Shown here in pieces: positions 50,601 through 58,239 of a stretch of 64,000 bases of DNA; within the stretch, counting starts at the first letter, position 1; every line of letters starts with the position of its first letter. This stretch comes from Nitrosopumilus sp. (GTDB lineage: Archaea; Thermoproteota; Nitrososphaeria; Nitrososphaerales; Nitrosopumilaceae). Location of the stretch: positions 1,664,001 through 1,728,000 of the forward strand of contig OY759726.1 in assembly GCA_963662625.1 (NCBI GenBank). Direction: 5' to 3'. The notes under the pieces are model-generated. The model was not told the DNA's origin and did not search any database. It worked only from the letters and a program-made list of their open reading frames with translations. Made by a program: the position numbers and the translations under genes.

Positions 50601-53600
50601 CGATGTCCGGAGTCCCGTCGCCGTCGAGGTCGCCGACGCCTGCCGCCGAGGTGCCGAACTGGTCGCCGTCTGCCAGCGACGGGCCATTTGGCACCGTGCC
50701 GTCGACCGTGGCGGTCCGCTTTACGGTGCCGTCGGGGTTGAGGAACAGCACGTGCACCGCCCCCGTGCACTCGCAGGTGGGGGATCCTGGTGCGCCGACT
50801 GCCACGTCGGTCGTGCCGTCGCCGTCAAGGTCGCCGACGCCTTCGGTCGAGGTGCCGAACGTAAAGTCGGGTTTGGCCGCGTCGGCCATGTCGCTGCCCT
50901 TGATCTGCACGGCGGATGCTAGCGGCAGATGGCCGTCGGCGACTACCGACACCGTGCCGGCGATGGCCCCGAACCCGCTCTCGTTGGCCCACTGCGGCGC
51001 GGGGCCTGGCTGGGACACCACCCTGTATACCGCGTACGACAGGGGCCTGTCCAGGTCGCCGGCCCCGTCCAAGGAATAGTCGCCAAGGGCGCCGGACGAC
51101 CTTTCTGCCACCCCTGGTATCGCTCCTGCCACGGTCGTGCCGCGCCTTTCTGCCTCTATGATTGAGTTGCCCAGCAGGTGCACGGCGTCATAGTACCCGA
51201 AGGAGTACGGTACGACGTCCAACCCCTCGCCCAGCAGCTGCGCCGAGAGGCCGGAGTTGACCTCGTTGTCGGGCACCTCGAATATCGTGGCGGAGATGCC
51301 GACCATTGCCGCGATCGGGCCCGCCGCCGGGTCTGCCGCTATGATGCCGCTCGTGGCAATCCCGTCGGTGCCGTACCACTTGACGCCAAACGCCCCGGCC
51401 GCCGGGTTGGAGTTGATCGTCTTCACCAGGTCTATGAACTCGTTGTCGAACCCTATGAACACCACCGCGGTGGCCGTGGCGCCTGCCGACCGGACGGCCG
51501 CCGCCAGCTGCCTCTCGAGCTCCGCCGCCACGCCGGAATGGTCGGGTGACGCTATCTGGTACGGTATGGAGGCGATGGTTCCGCCGTAGCTGTCCTTGAG
51601 GGTTCCTGCTATCCCGTTGCCCCACGGGCCGTCCCTGTATACGGCCACGACCATGGTCTTGCCGTCGCCGTCAAGCTTGGATATTATCGCGGGCACCTGG
51701 TACGTGTCGGGCGGCACCAGCCGGAACACGCTATCTGCCACGGCCAGCGACGGCGCGGTCGACGACGGGGACACCATCACCGCGTCCGTGGCGTACACGT
51801 CAGCGTACGCCTTTGCCATGGCGAGGCTCGAGCTGGAAGACGGCCCTATGAAGTACGATACGCCGTTCCTTTCCGGATAGTACCCTGACCCGAAGATGTA
51901 GCCGTCGTAGGCCACGAGCAGGGACCGTTTAAGCTGGTACGCGCCTGCCTGGGACACCATGTGCTGCCACCACGTCTCGCCGCCGGCCGCGTCGCCGTTG
52001 ATCTCCCCGAGATCCTTGCTGTACGTGGCCCGGAACGCCTCTATGTTGGCCCCCCTCGCGCCGCCGTCGTCGTGGGCGACCATGATGCCGGTGGCGCCGT
52101 CGATCACGAACGGGCTGGACGGGGATCCCTGGCCGGTGCCGGATATGGTGTCAAAGTACGCGTCCGCGCCGTTGGCGGGATCCGCCGCGACGCTCGCGTC
52201 GTAGGCCGCGATGGCCGCGTCTATCGCCTGCCGCAGCCTGTCCCGGTTGCCGTCGTCGTCCATGTCGTGGCGTATGTTCTGCATGGCCGTGTGGGTCCTC
52301 TGGGAGGAGATGTCGGCCACCGAGAGCACCAGCGGCGTCTGCACGTTCTGCGCGTTAAAGTCGTTTACCGCGATCTCCATCACCCTCTGGCGCACGTTCT
52401 CGCCGGACCACGAGCCCTGGAGGTTCAGGAGGCCGCCGATGACGGCGTCTGGGCGCACCAGTCCCACGCCCGGGACGTACGTGCCCACCTGCTCCCATCC
52501 TCCGGACTCCACTCCCCACACCGCGTAGCTTGCGGCCGCGAGGTCTCCAGCCGCGTTCAGCCTGATGTTGCCAAGGGCGCCGCTGTAGTCCGCGGCGATC
52601 GGCGGGATCTGCCTCTTTACCTCCTCAAATCCCCCGTCGCCGGCGGCGTCCATCGCGAGGCCCAGCACCCACACCGAGTCGTACGACGAGTACGCGTAGA
52701 CGTTGGGGGTGCCGACTATCCGCGGATCCGCGAGGAGGCGCTCGTGCAGCTTCTTGTACGTCTCGCCCGTGGCGTCCTTGTCGAATATGCTCGCCCTGAA
52801 GTTTGCGTCCCTCAGGAACGCGAACACCTTGGGGTCGCTCACCAGGCTCCCGTTCAGCACGTTGGAATCGGCGCCCATCCACTGCACGGTGCTGAGCACC
52901 GGGTGGTCTGCCGCCTTGCCGAAGAACGACTGCGATTCCCCAAGCCCCACGTACAGCACCGCCACCTTGTCCGCCCCGTACGTGTCGACGTGGCCCTGGA
53001 CCTTGTCGGCCAGCTGCCGCGCCATCTCAGTGAAAGTGGCGTCGTAGCAGCCGTCCGTGTCGCAGGTGGGGTAGCTTCCAAGGTCGTCGGCGGTTCCGCC
53101 CAGCCTCACGAACTCCGCCGTCGTGCTGTCGCGCAGCCCGTTCCCGTACAGGTCGTCCCTCCAGACCGTGACCAGGACCTCCGCGCCGTTGTCCGTCATG
53201 ATGCTGGCAAGCACCGGCGCCTGCAGGGAGTCGTCCGCCGCCAGGCGGAACACGTTGTCGCCCGCTATCGCCATGGACGGGGCGGTGGAGCAGCAGCTGA
53301 GGAGCAGCATGTTGTTAAAGTTGACATAGTCCCTTATCTTGCCGATGCCGGAGCTTGCGGACGGGCCGGACACGTAGATGATCCCGTCGTCGTTGAGCTC
53401 CTTGATCGGCCCGGAGTACCCGTCGGCTATGGTGTCCTTGATGTCGAGCCCGATCCGCCACTTCGCGCCCTTCTCTGCCAGGTAATCGTTAAAGTCCGAT
53501 ATGGCTATCTCCTTGGCCACCTGCCTGTGGACCCCTGCGCCGTCTGCCCTGGTCACTGGCACGAGCCCGCCTATGTCTACCACCTCGACCCATTCGCCGC

Positions 53601-56600
53601 CCACGACCTTCCATGTCGCGTATATGCCCCCGGCGCGGTCTCCCGCGGCGTTCAGCTCGGTGTTTCCGGACGCGCCGACGTACGTCCTCGACACCTCTGC
53701 GAGGGCGCCCTTCACCGCCTCCACGTCGGTGCTCTGCGCCTTGAGCATGGACAGGCCCAGCAGCCATACCGCGTCATACTCTATGTTGGCGTAGACGCTC
53801 GGGGGGCTTCTGAACCCGTCGAGGCCCGCAAAGTGCTTGTTGATGTACGCGGTGATCTGGTTGTCGCGCACCGTGGGCTGGATGGAAGTCAGGCCAACCT
53901 TGCTTGCAAACTCCCTCGTGGCCGGGTCGCCAGTCACGTTGGGCTCGACCGTGTTGAGTTCCGCGCCGAACCACCTCACGTCGTCCAGCACGCCGTGCGC
54001 GCTTGCCGCCTTGACGAACTCCACGTTCTCCTCGAAGCCTATGAATGCCACGGCCACCCTGTCGGCGCCGTACGCGTCCACCTGTGCCTGCACGGCGGCG
54101 GCGAGCCCCGCCGCGCCGGCCGCCATGTCCGTGGTGTAACTCACCCTGTCTGCCACGACGTTTGCCCCGTCGAGGCTTGCAAACGCGGTCCCGGTTAGGT
54201 CCAGCAGGTTGTTGACCCACCCTATGTCGCGCCCGGCCGGCACCATGGCGGTTATGCCGGCGCCGTCGATGAGGCCCGCCAGCCTTGCGGCGTCGTGGGG
54301 GTGGCCCGCGGTGAGCCTGAACATCGAGTCGCCGGGCTTGGCGAACTCGGTCGTGACGCTGCAGCAGCTCATGAGGAGCATGCCGTTGCTGTCCCCAAAG
54401 TCCAGCACGTCCTGCGTGTAGTCCAGGGCGGGCCCGTCGATTATCTTGATGCCGGCGTCGTTCAGCGCGGTAAGCTCCCTCAGGGCGGTGGACGGATCCG
54501 TGGCAGAGTCGCGCCTGTCCGCCTCCAGCGTCCATGACGCGTTGATCCTCCCAAGGTACTCGTTAAAGTCGCTCACTGCGAGGTCTGACGCCTCCCTGAT
54601 CTCCACGCCGTACCCCGACGCGCCGCCGGTCACCGGCGCGATCGCGCCGATCGTGACCGTGCCGTCGAGGGCCACCCTGTCCTCCGCGAGGTACTTCCAG
54701 TGTCCAGGCTTCAGCGGGTACGAGGAGTCGTCGAAGGCATTTGCCACCAGCGTCTTCGCGTCGGGGTCGTACCCGTCAAGGTAGAACGGGCCGTTGCTTA
54801 TCACCGCGTTGCCCTTCGCATCTATCCACCCCGACGACGCGGCGTACCTGGCGCCGGGGGACGTGGGGTTGCCGTGCAGGCCGGCCGGGACCGTCCCGTC
54901 CGCCGCAAAGCCGTCCAGGGCGGCCTTCACGAGCCCGGAGTCGCCCCTGTCAAGCAGCGAGATCCAGGGCACGCCGTTCGCGACCGCGTTGGCATTCGAG
55001 AATGCGGCGTCGCCGTCCAGCACCACCTGCTCCATCGCGGCGTATATCTCCCACGGTATGCTGCTCCAGACGATCGCCTCGGAGGCGATCTCCGTGTCGT
55101 CAAAGTGCCAATAGTCGACGTATACCTCGACCGACGTCGGGCTCGTCACCCTGATCCCCTTCACTTCCTTGCCCGCGGAGATGATCTGGTCGCTGTATTT
55201 TCTCTTGTCGTCGGGGTTGTCGCTGTCATCCGTGCTCCACTCCGTGACGAGGTACAGCGGGTACAGGACGTCGTTCATGGTCATCGGCAACCCGGTGTGC
55301 CAGCTGCTGAAGGTAAAGTCCAGCGTGACCTTGCTGGTGGCCTGCGCGTCCGGCCGCACGGCGTCCCACCCCTGGCTGGCGGGGTTCCACATGACCGCTT
55401 CGTCCGGGACGTCCATCGTGCCGTCGGGGCCGGCAGTGTCCACGCTCCACGTGGATCGCACCGGGGTCAGGTCGCCCGTGAACGGGTCCCTGACTGCCGC
55501 CGGATCGTTCAGTATGTTCCATATGTTGTTGCTGTACGTGTCCGCGAGCCCTTGGACTGGGTTCCACGCGCTCTGGGAGATGTACTTTACGCCTATGGTC
55601 AGGCTCCCGTCTGGGCTGTCGGCGTTGATCGGGGTGGCCCTGTTGGTGATCCCGTGGCCCTGCGCGTTTACCAGCCCCGTGATGCCGTCCCTTGCGACAT
55701 ACCTGTTGTCCTCGGTTCCCAGGAATATCCTGACCGCGTCCTGCGTTGCCAGCGCGGTCGCCTGCCTGACCAGGTTTGCCCGCTCCGAGACATTTGCAAA
55801 GCTCCCGTCGTATATGTTCCGCGTAATCTCGTCCAGCTGGGGGTTCTCGTAGCTCCAGTACTCGGGGTTGTTCTGCCCGGGCATGTTCAGCGCCCACGGC
55901 GCGTAGAATGCCGCCAGGTTGGAGTTGTCGTACTTTGTGACGCTTGATCCGGAAAACCCCCCCGTGTAGACGTGCCACTTTAGGTCAGCGGGGTCTGACC
56001 CGAACACCGTGTTGTACGCTTCCAGCAGGTTGCCTGTCTTTATGCTCACCTCGAAGCCCAGCGCGCTCAGTTCCTTTTCCAGGGAGCGGCCGATCGACTC
56101 CCTCACGGGATCGTCGTTGCGCACGAATATCGTGACGGCGACGGGACTGTCACCCGCGTACCACTTGCCGTCCGCCTTCGTGGCGCCGTTTGCGGCCATG
56201 GCGCCGCTGATCATGCTGTCCGCAAGCTGCGGGTCGTAGCGTATGCCCGCGGCCTCCAGCTGCCTGTATACCAGGATGTAGTCCGGGTGCGTGGGCCCGA
56301 AGCTGGAGAACATCGGCTGGCCGTGGCCTTGGAACATATCGCGCACTATGGCGTCCCTGTCGACCAGGAAGTTCAGCGAGTACCTGACGTCCCTGTACGC
56401 GAACGGGTTGAACTGCGCCGTGGCGTCAGCGGGGTTTACGAACAGGTCGTACCGCGTCCCGCCAGCAGAATCGAACACCTGGACGCCGCTGGGGGGGCTG
56501 TCCCCAGTCACGCTGTAGGGCACCGGGTAGTAGTATATGTCAAAGTCGCCGTTCTGGATCTTCGCCAGAACGGTGCTCTCGTCCGTGTGCTCCACGAACG

Positions 56601-56694
56601 TTATGCTGTCCACGTTGCTGCCCTGGTATGCGAAGGAATAGCCGGTCCCCATGAGGACGACTGCCAGCAACGCGGACAACGCTAGGATCTTCAC
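47626..56694 (-). CDS. 3022-aa secreted multidomain protein: family-5 ABC solute-binding domain, three type-1 (LivJ-like) binding domains, a Cache-like insert, 12 FG-GAP repeats and SdrD-B-like C-terminal domains
   Basis: Signal peptide; NPFA..DVR..LN.LVDRD; GPS.SS, CCSTAPS.A...D..FRL, YD.V..L, GALG...L...GD; 12 x GDLDGDG..D.AVGAPG; GTVFADADGDG..D.GEPG. Confidence 0.9.
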   Translation of the reverse strand: MKILALSALLAVVLMGTGYSFAYQGSNVDSITFVEHTDESTVLAKIQNGDFDIYYYPVPYSVTGDSPPSGVQVFDSAGGTRYDLFVNPADATAQFNPFAYRDVRYSLNFLVDRDAIVRDMFQGHGQPMFSSFGPTHPDYILVYRQLEAAGIRYDPQLADSMISGAMAANGATKADGKWYAGDSPVAVTIFVRNDDPVRESIGRSLEKELSALGFEVSIKTGNLLEAYNTVFGSDPADLKWHVYTGGFSGSSVTKYDNSNLAAFYAPWALNMPGQNNPEYWSYENPQLDEITRNIYDGSFANVSERANLVRQATALATQDAVRIFLGTEDNRYVARDGITGLVNAQGHGITNRATPINADSPDGSLTIGVKYISQSAWNPVQGLADTYSNNIWNILNDPAAVRDPFTGDLTPVRSTWSVDTAGPDGTMDVPDEAVMWNPASQGWDAVRPDAQATSKVTLDFTFSSWHTGLPMTMNDVLYPLYLVTEWSTDDSDNPDDKRKYSDQIISAGKEVKGIRVTSPTSVEVYVDYWHFDDTEIASEAIVWSSIPWEIYAAMEQVVLDGDAAFSNANAVANGVPWISLLDRGDSGLVKAALDGFAADGTVPAGLHGNPTSPGARYAASSGWIDAKGNAVISNGPFYLDGYDPDAKTLVANAFDDSSYPLKPGHWKYLAEDRVALDGTVTIGAIAPVTGGASGYGVEIREASDLAVSDFNEYLGRINASWTLEADRRDSATDPSTALRELTALNDAGIKIIDGPALDYTQDVLDFGDSNGMLLMSCCSVTTEFAKPGDSMFRLTAGHPHDAARLAGLIDGAGITAMVPAGRDIGWVNNLLDLTGTAFASLDGANVVADRVSYTTDMAAGAAGLAAAVQAQVDAYGADRVAVAFIGFEENVEFVKAASAHGVLDDVRWFGAELNTVEPNVTGDPATREFASKVGLTSIQPTVRDNQITAYINKHFAGLDGFRSPPSVYANIEYDAVWLLGLSMLKAQSTDVEAVKGALAEVSRTYVGASGNTELNAAGDRAGGIYATWKVVGGEWVEVVDIGGLVPVTRADGAGVHRQVAKEIAISDFNDYLAEKGAKWRIGLDIKDTIADGYSGPIKELNDDGIIYVSGPSASSGIGKIRDYVNFNNMLLLSCCSTAPSMAIAGDNVFRLAADDSLQAPVLASIMTDNGAEVLVTVWRDDLYGNGLRDSTTAEFVRLGGTADDLGSYPTCDTDGCYDATFTEMARQLADKVQGHVDTYGADKVAVLYVGLGESQSFFGKAADHPVLSTVQWMGADSNVLNGSLVSDPKVFAFLRDANFRASIFDKDATGETYKKLHERLLADPRIVGTPNVYAYSSYDSVWVLGLAMDAAGDGGFEEVKRQIPPIAADYSGALGNIRLNAAGDLAAASYAVWGVESGGWEQVGTYVPGVGLVRPDAVIGGLLNLQGSWSGENVRQRVMEIAVNDFNAQNVQTPLVLSVADISSQRTHTAMQNIRHDMDDDGNRDRLRQAIDAAIAAYDASVAADPANGADAYFDTISGTGQGSPSSPFVIDGATGIMVAHDDGGARGANIEAFRATYSKDLGEINGDAAGGETWWQHMVSQAGAYQLKRSLLVAYDGYIFGSGYYPERNGVSYFIGPSSSSSLAMAKAYADVYATDAVMVSPSSTAPSLAVADSVFRLVPPDTYQVPAIISKLDGDGKTMVVAVYRDGPWGNGIAGTLKDSYGGTIASIPYQIASPDHSGVAAELERQLAAAVRSAGATATAVVFIGFDNEFIDLVKTINSNPAAGAFGVKWYGTDGIATSGIIAADPAAGPIAAMVGISATIFEVPDNEVNSGLSAQLLGEGLDVVPYSFGYYDAVHLLGNSIIEAERRGTTVAGAIPGVAERSSGALGDYSLDGAGDLDRPLSYAVYRVVSQPGPAPQWANESGFGAIAGTVSVVADGHLPLASAVQIKGSDMADAAKPDFTFGTSTEGVGDLDGDGTTDVAVGAPGSPTCECTGAVHVLFLNPDGTVKRTATVDGTVPNGPSLADGDQFGTSAAGVGDLDGDGTPDIAVGAPGHLLMGAATGDLYVIFMNPDGTVKRTAEVNGTVPNGPSLSAGDRFGASAAGVGDLDGDGTPDIAVGAPGNIFGSAATGDLYVIFMNPDGTVKRTAEVNGTVPNGPSLSAGDRFGASAAGVGDLDGDGTPDIAVGAPGHTVGNAATGDLYVIFMNPDGTVKRTAEVNGTVPNGPSLSAGDRFGASAAGVGDLDGDGTPDIAVGAPGPVPCDCTGAVHVLFLNPDGTVKLTATVDGQTPNVPSLSAGDRFGASAAGVGDLDGDGTVDIAVGTFGNDTMYVIFMNPDGTVKRTAEIAGGDIAPPSYVNHFFGQSIAGIGDLDGDGVADAAVGAPGHSRDNVFTGEAYIMFMNADGTVKRVTVIDGTTPSGPVLGPADRFGASAAGVGDLDGDGTPDIAVGAPGHLLRGTTTGDLYVIFMNPDGTVKRTAGVDGQTPNGPPLSAGDRFGASVAGVGDLDGDGTPDIAVGAPGSILGSAATGDLYVIFMNPDGTVKRTAEVNGTVPNGPSLAGGDVFGQSVSGLGDLDGDGTPDIAVGAPGRVLGSAVSGDAFVLLMNPDGTVKLTAGVDGQTPNGPPLSAGDRFGSSVAGVGDLDGDGTPDIAVGAPGPVTCDCTGAVHVLFLNPDGTVKRTATVDGQTPNGPPLSAGDSFGTSVASIGDLDGDGDADLAAGAFTSPSVYVMYTATVVAGGTYGIGNVGITAIDYSNMQSVGTVTAADGTYRFDNAGLGPYLVQVSPFPTGYTVADGTVHYSQVTLAPGGTSAADFGLVAIPQQDYATLSGTVFADADGDGAMDAGEPGIAGHAMIATDLLTGTVTMATTGQDGTYSFSGITPDPGVTLVQSSYFPSGHTLTTGQAYTYVQAPDSGSSLTFDVGFRPAQQSELVTLVVVAYVDANFNGILDAGEAAVPGVSATTYQYATGESGTVTTGSDGAAGTAYLVPSSWVAQAAVPDGYAVTSPADPVTGVIGALTVADPAPGSTYVMNVGLAPVP

Positions 56695-57022
56695 GTAGCC
56701 ACTTTGGCTGACGGGGGTTAAAAAGTTAGCTTAGTTCCGGGCAGGGCCGCGGGGGAGGGCTTGTACGCCAGCGGCCGAAACTGACTTGGATGCCTGCAGT
56801 CCACGGAACGTCATGGCACCCGCGGGGGCTGGGATCCGCAGATGGGCCACTGAAAAAGGCCGCCGTCGCGGCAGCCGCCGTCCTGGCGGGCCACGCGGGC
56901 GCCAGCATCATCCTGGCCGCCTGCCTCCAACTCGTCCGGTGCTGAGGCGGCGCGGCCGCCGACATCCCCGGCACGGAGGGCCCGCCTCGCGCGCGTCGGC
57001 CTGGAGCGCCGCCCGGGCGGGG

Positions 57023-57814
57023 CTACCTGCCCGCCAGCCACTCCTTCACTATCATGGAGACCAGCTGCTCTGACGTCACGTCCTGCCTTTCTGACTCTGC
57101 GGCGAGCTTCTTCATGGATGCAGGCGGGAGCCCGAGCCTGAACGTCCCCGCGTAGTACCTGTTTGACTTGCGGAGCAGGTCGGCGTGCGCGTCGTCCGGG
57201 TTGTCCGCCAGCGCCTTGAGGTACCTGTCCTTCTTCGACTCGTCGTATCTTGACACCAGGCCGGCTATCTCCAGGGCGTCTGCCGCGTTCTTGGCGCTCC
57301 TGAACAGCCTTATCGCGTGATCGCGCGACAGGCTCTCTGGCACGAGTTCCTTGAGGCTGTCTGGCAGCGCGTCGAACCCCAGGTGCCTCTCGAGCGTCCT
57401 CGCCGACATGCCCAGGATCCTGCACGCCTCCCTCTTGCCCTTCTGCCTGACGATGAACCTTGTCGCCTTTGAGGTCTCGGCGGGGCTCATGCCCAGCCGG
57501 TGCATGTTCTCCACCAGGGAGCTCGCCTTGGCGTCCTCCACCGACGCGCGCCTGCTTTGCAGGACCAGCACCGGGATGGACGTCCTTCCCAGGGACCTTA
57601 CCGCCGCGAGCCGGCGCTGCCCTGAGATGAGGGTGTACCTGTCGCCGTCCCTCTGCACGAGCGGCGGGTTCTGGAGCCCGTCGGCGCGTATCGACTTTGC
57701 AAGCGACTCCACCCCCCTGCTGTCAAGCCTCCTGGCCTGTGCCTCGTCCCACACGTCGATTCTTGACACGGGCACGCTCTGCAGGGCGTAGTCCATGGCA
57801 GTTGTACCCGCCAC
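57023..57814 (-). CDS. ParB/Spo0J N-terminal domain protein
   Basis: LAKSIRADGLQNPPLV, Y.LISGQRRLAA, SLVENMHR, followed by an HTH. Confidence 0.85.
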   Translation of the reverse strand: MAGTTAMDYALQSVPVSRIDVWDEAQARRLDSRGVESLAKSIRADGLQNPPLVQRDGDRYTLISGQRRLAAVRSLGRTSIPVLVLQSRRASVEDAKASSLVENMHRLGMSPAETSKATRFIVRQKGKREACRILGMSARTLERHLGFDALPDSLKELVPESLSRDHAIRLFRSAKNAADALEIAGLVSRYDESKKDRYLKALADNPDDAHADLLRKSNRYYAGTFRLGLPPASMKKLAAESERQDVTSEQLVSMIVKEWLAGR

Positions 57815-57864
57815 ATGTTTTTAACGTTTGTTGCAATGTCCCGCGTCCCCCGCGGCGCGCGGGC

Positions 57865-58107
57865 CTACCCCGGGCGCCCCTTTTGCAGCTGCGTGATCTC
57901 TATCTCGACTGCCTCCAGCGGATCCTCCGCGTGGTTGCGCCGGATTGACAGCATCTTCGGCCTCTCAAAGTCCTCCGTGCAGTCGGGGCACGCGTAGACC
58001 AGCACCCTGTGCTCGTTGGGCGCCTTTGGGTTTGACAGCCTCGGGTAGTAGACCAGCCTTGCCCCGCAGTCAACGCAGTACCTGTTGACTCTCTTCCTCC
58101 TGGCCAA
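57865..58107 (-). CDS. Small zinc-ribbon protein
   Basis: CVDC...CPDC; likely TTG start at 58107. Confidence 0.7.
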   Translation of the reverse strand: MARRKRVNRYCVDCGARLVYYPRLSNPKAPNEHRVLVYACPDCTEDFERPKMLSIRRNHAEDPLEAVEIEITQLQKGRPG

Positions 58108-58239
58108 CGCAAACCCCCGGCATCGCATGGTATCCGCCGCGGGTTATTAGATCTGACCTGTCTAATCCGTTTTAGCCGTTGCTCACTTTTCTTTGCCCCG
58201 CGCGGCAGCGCGCCGTCAGCCCGCCCCGTGATCGTTTAA

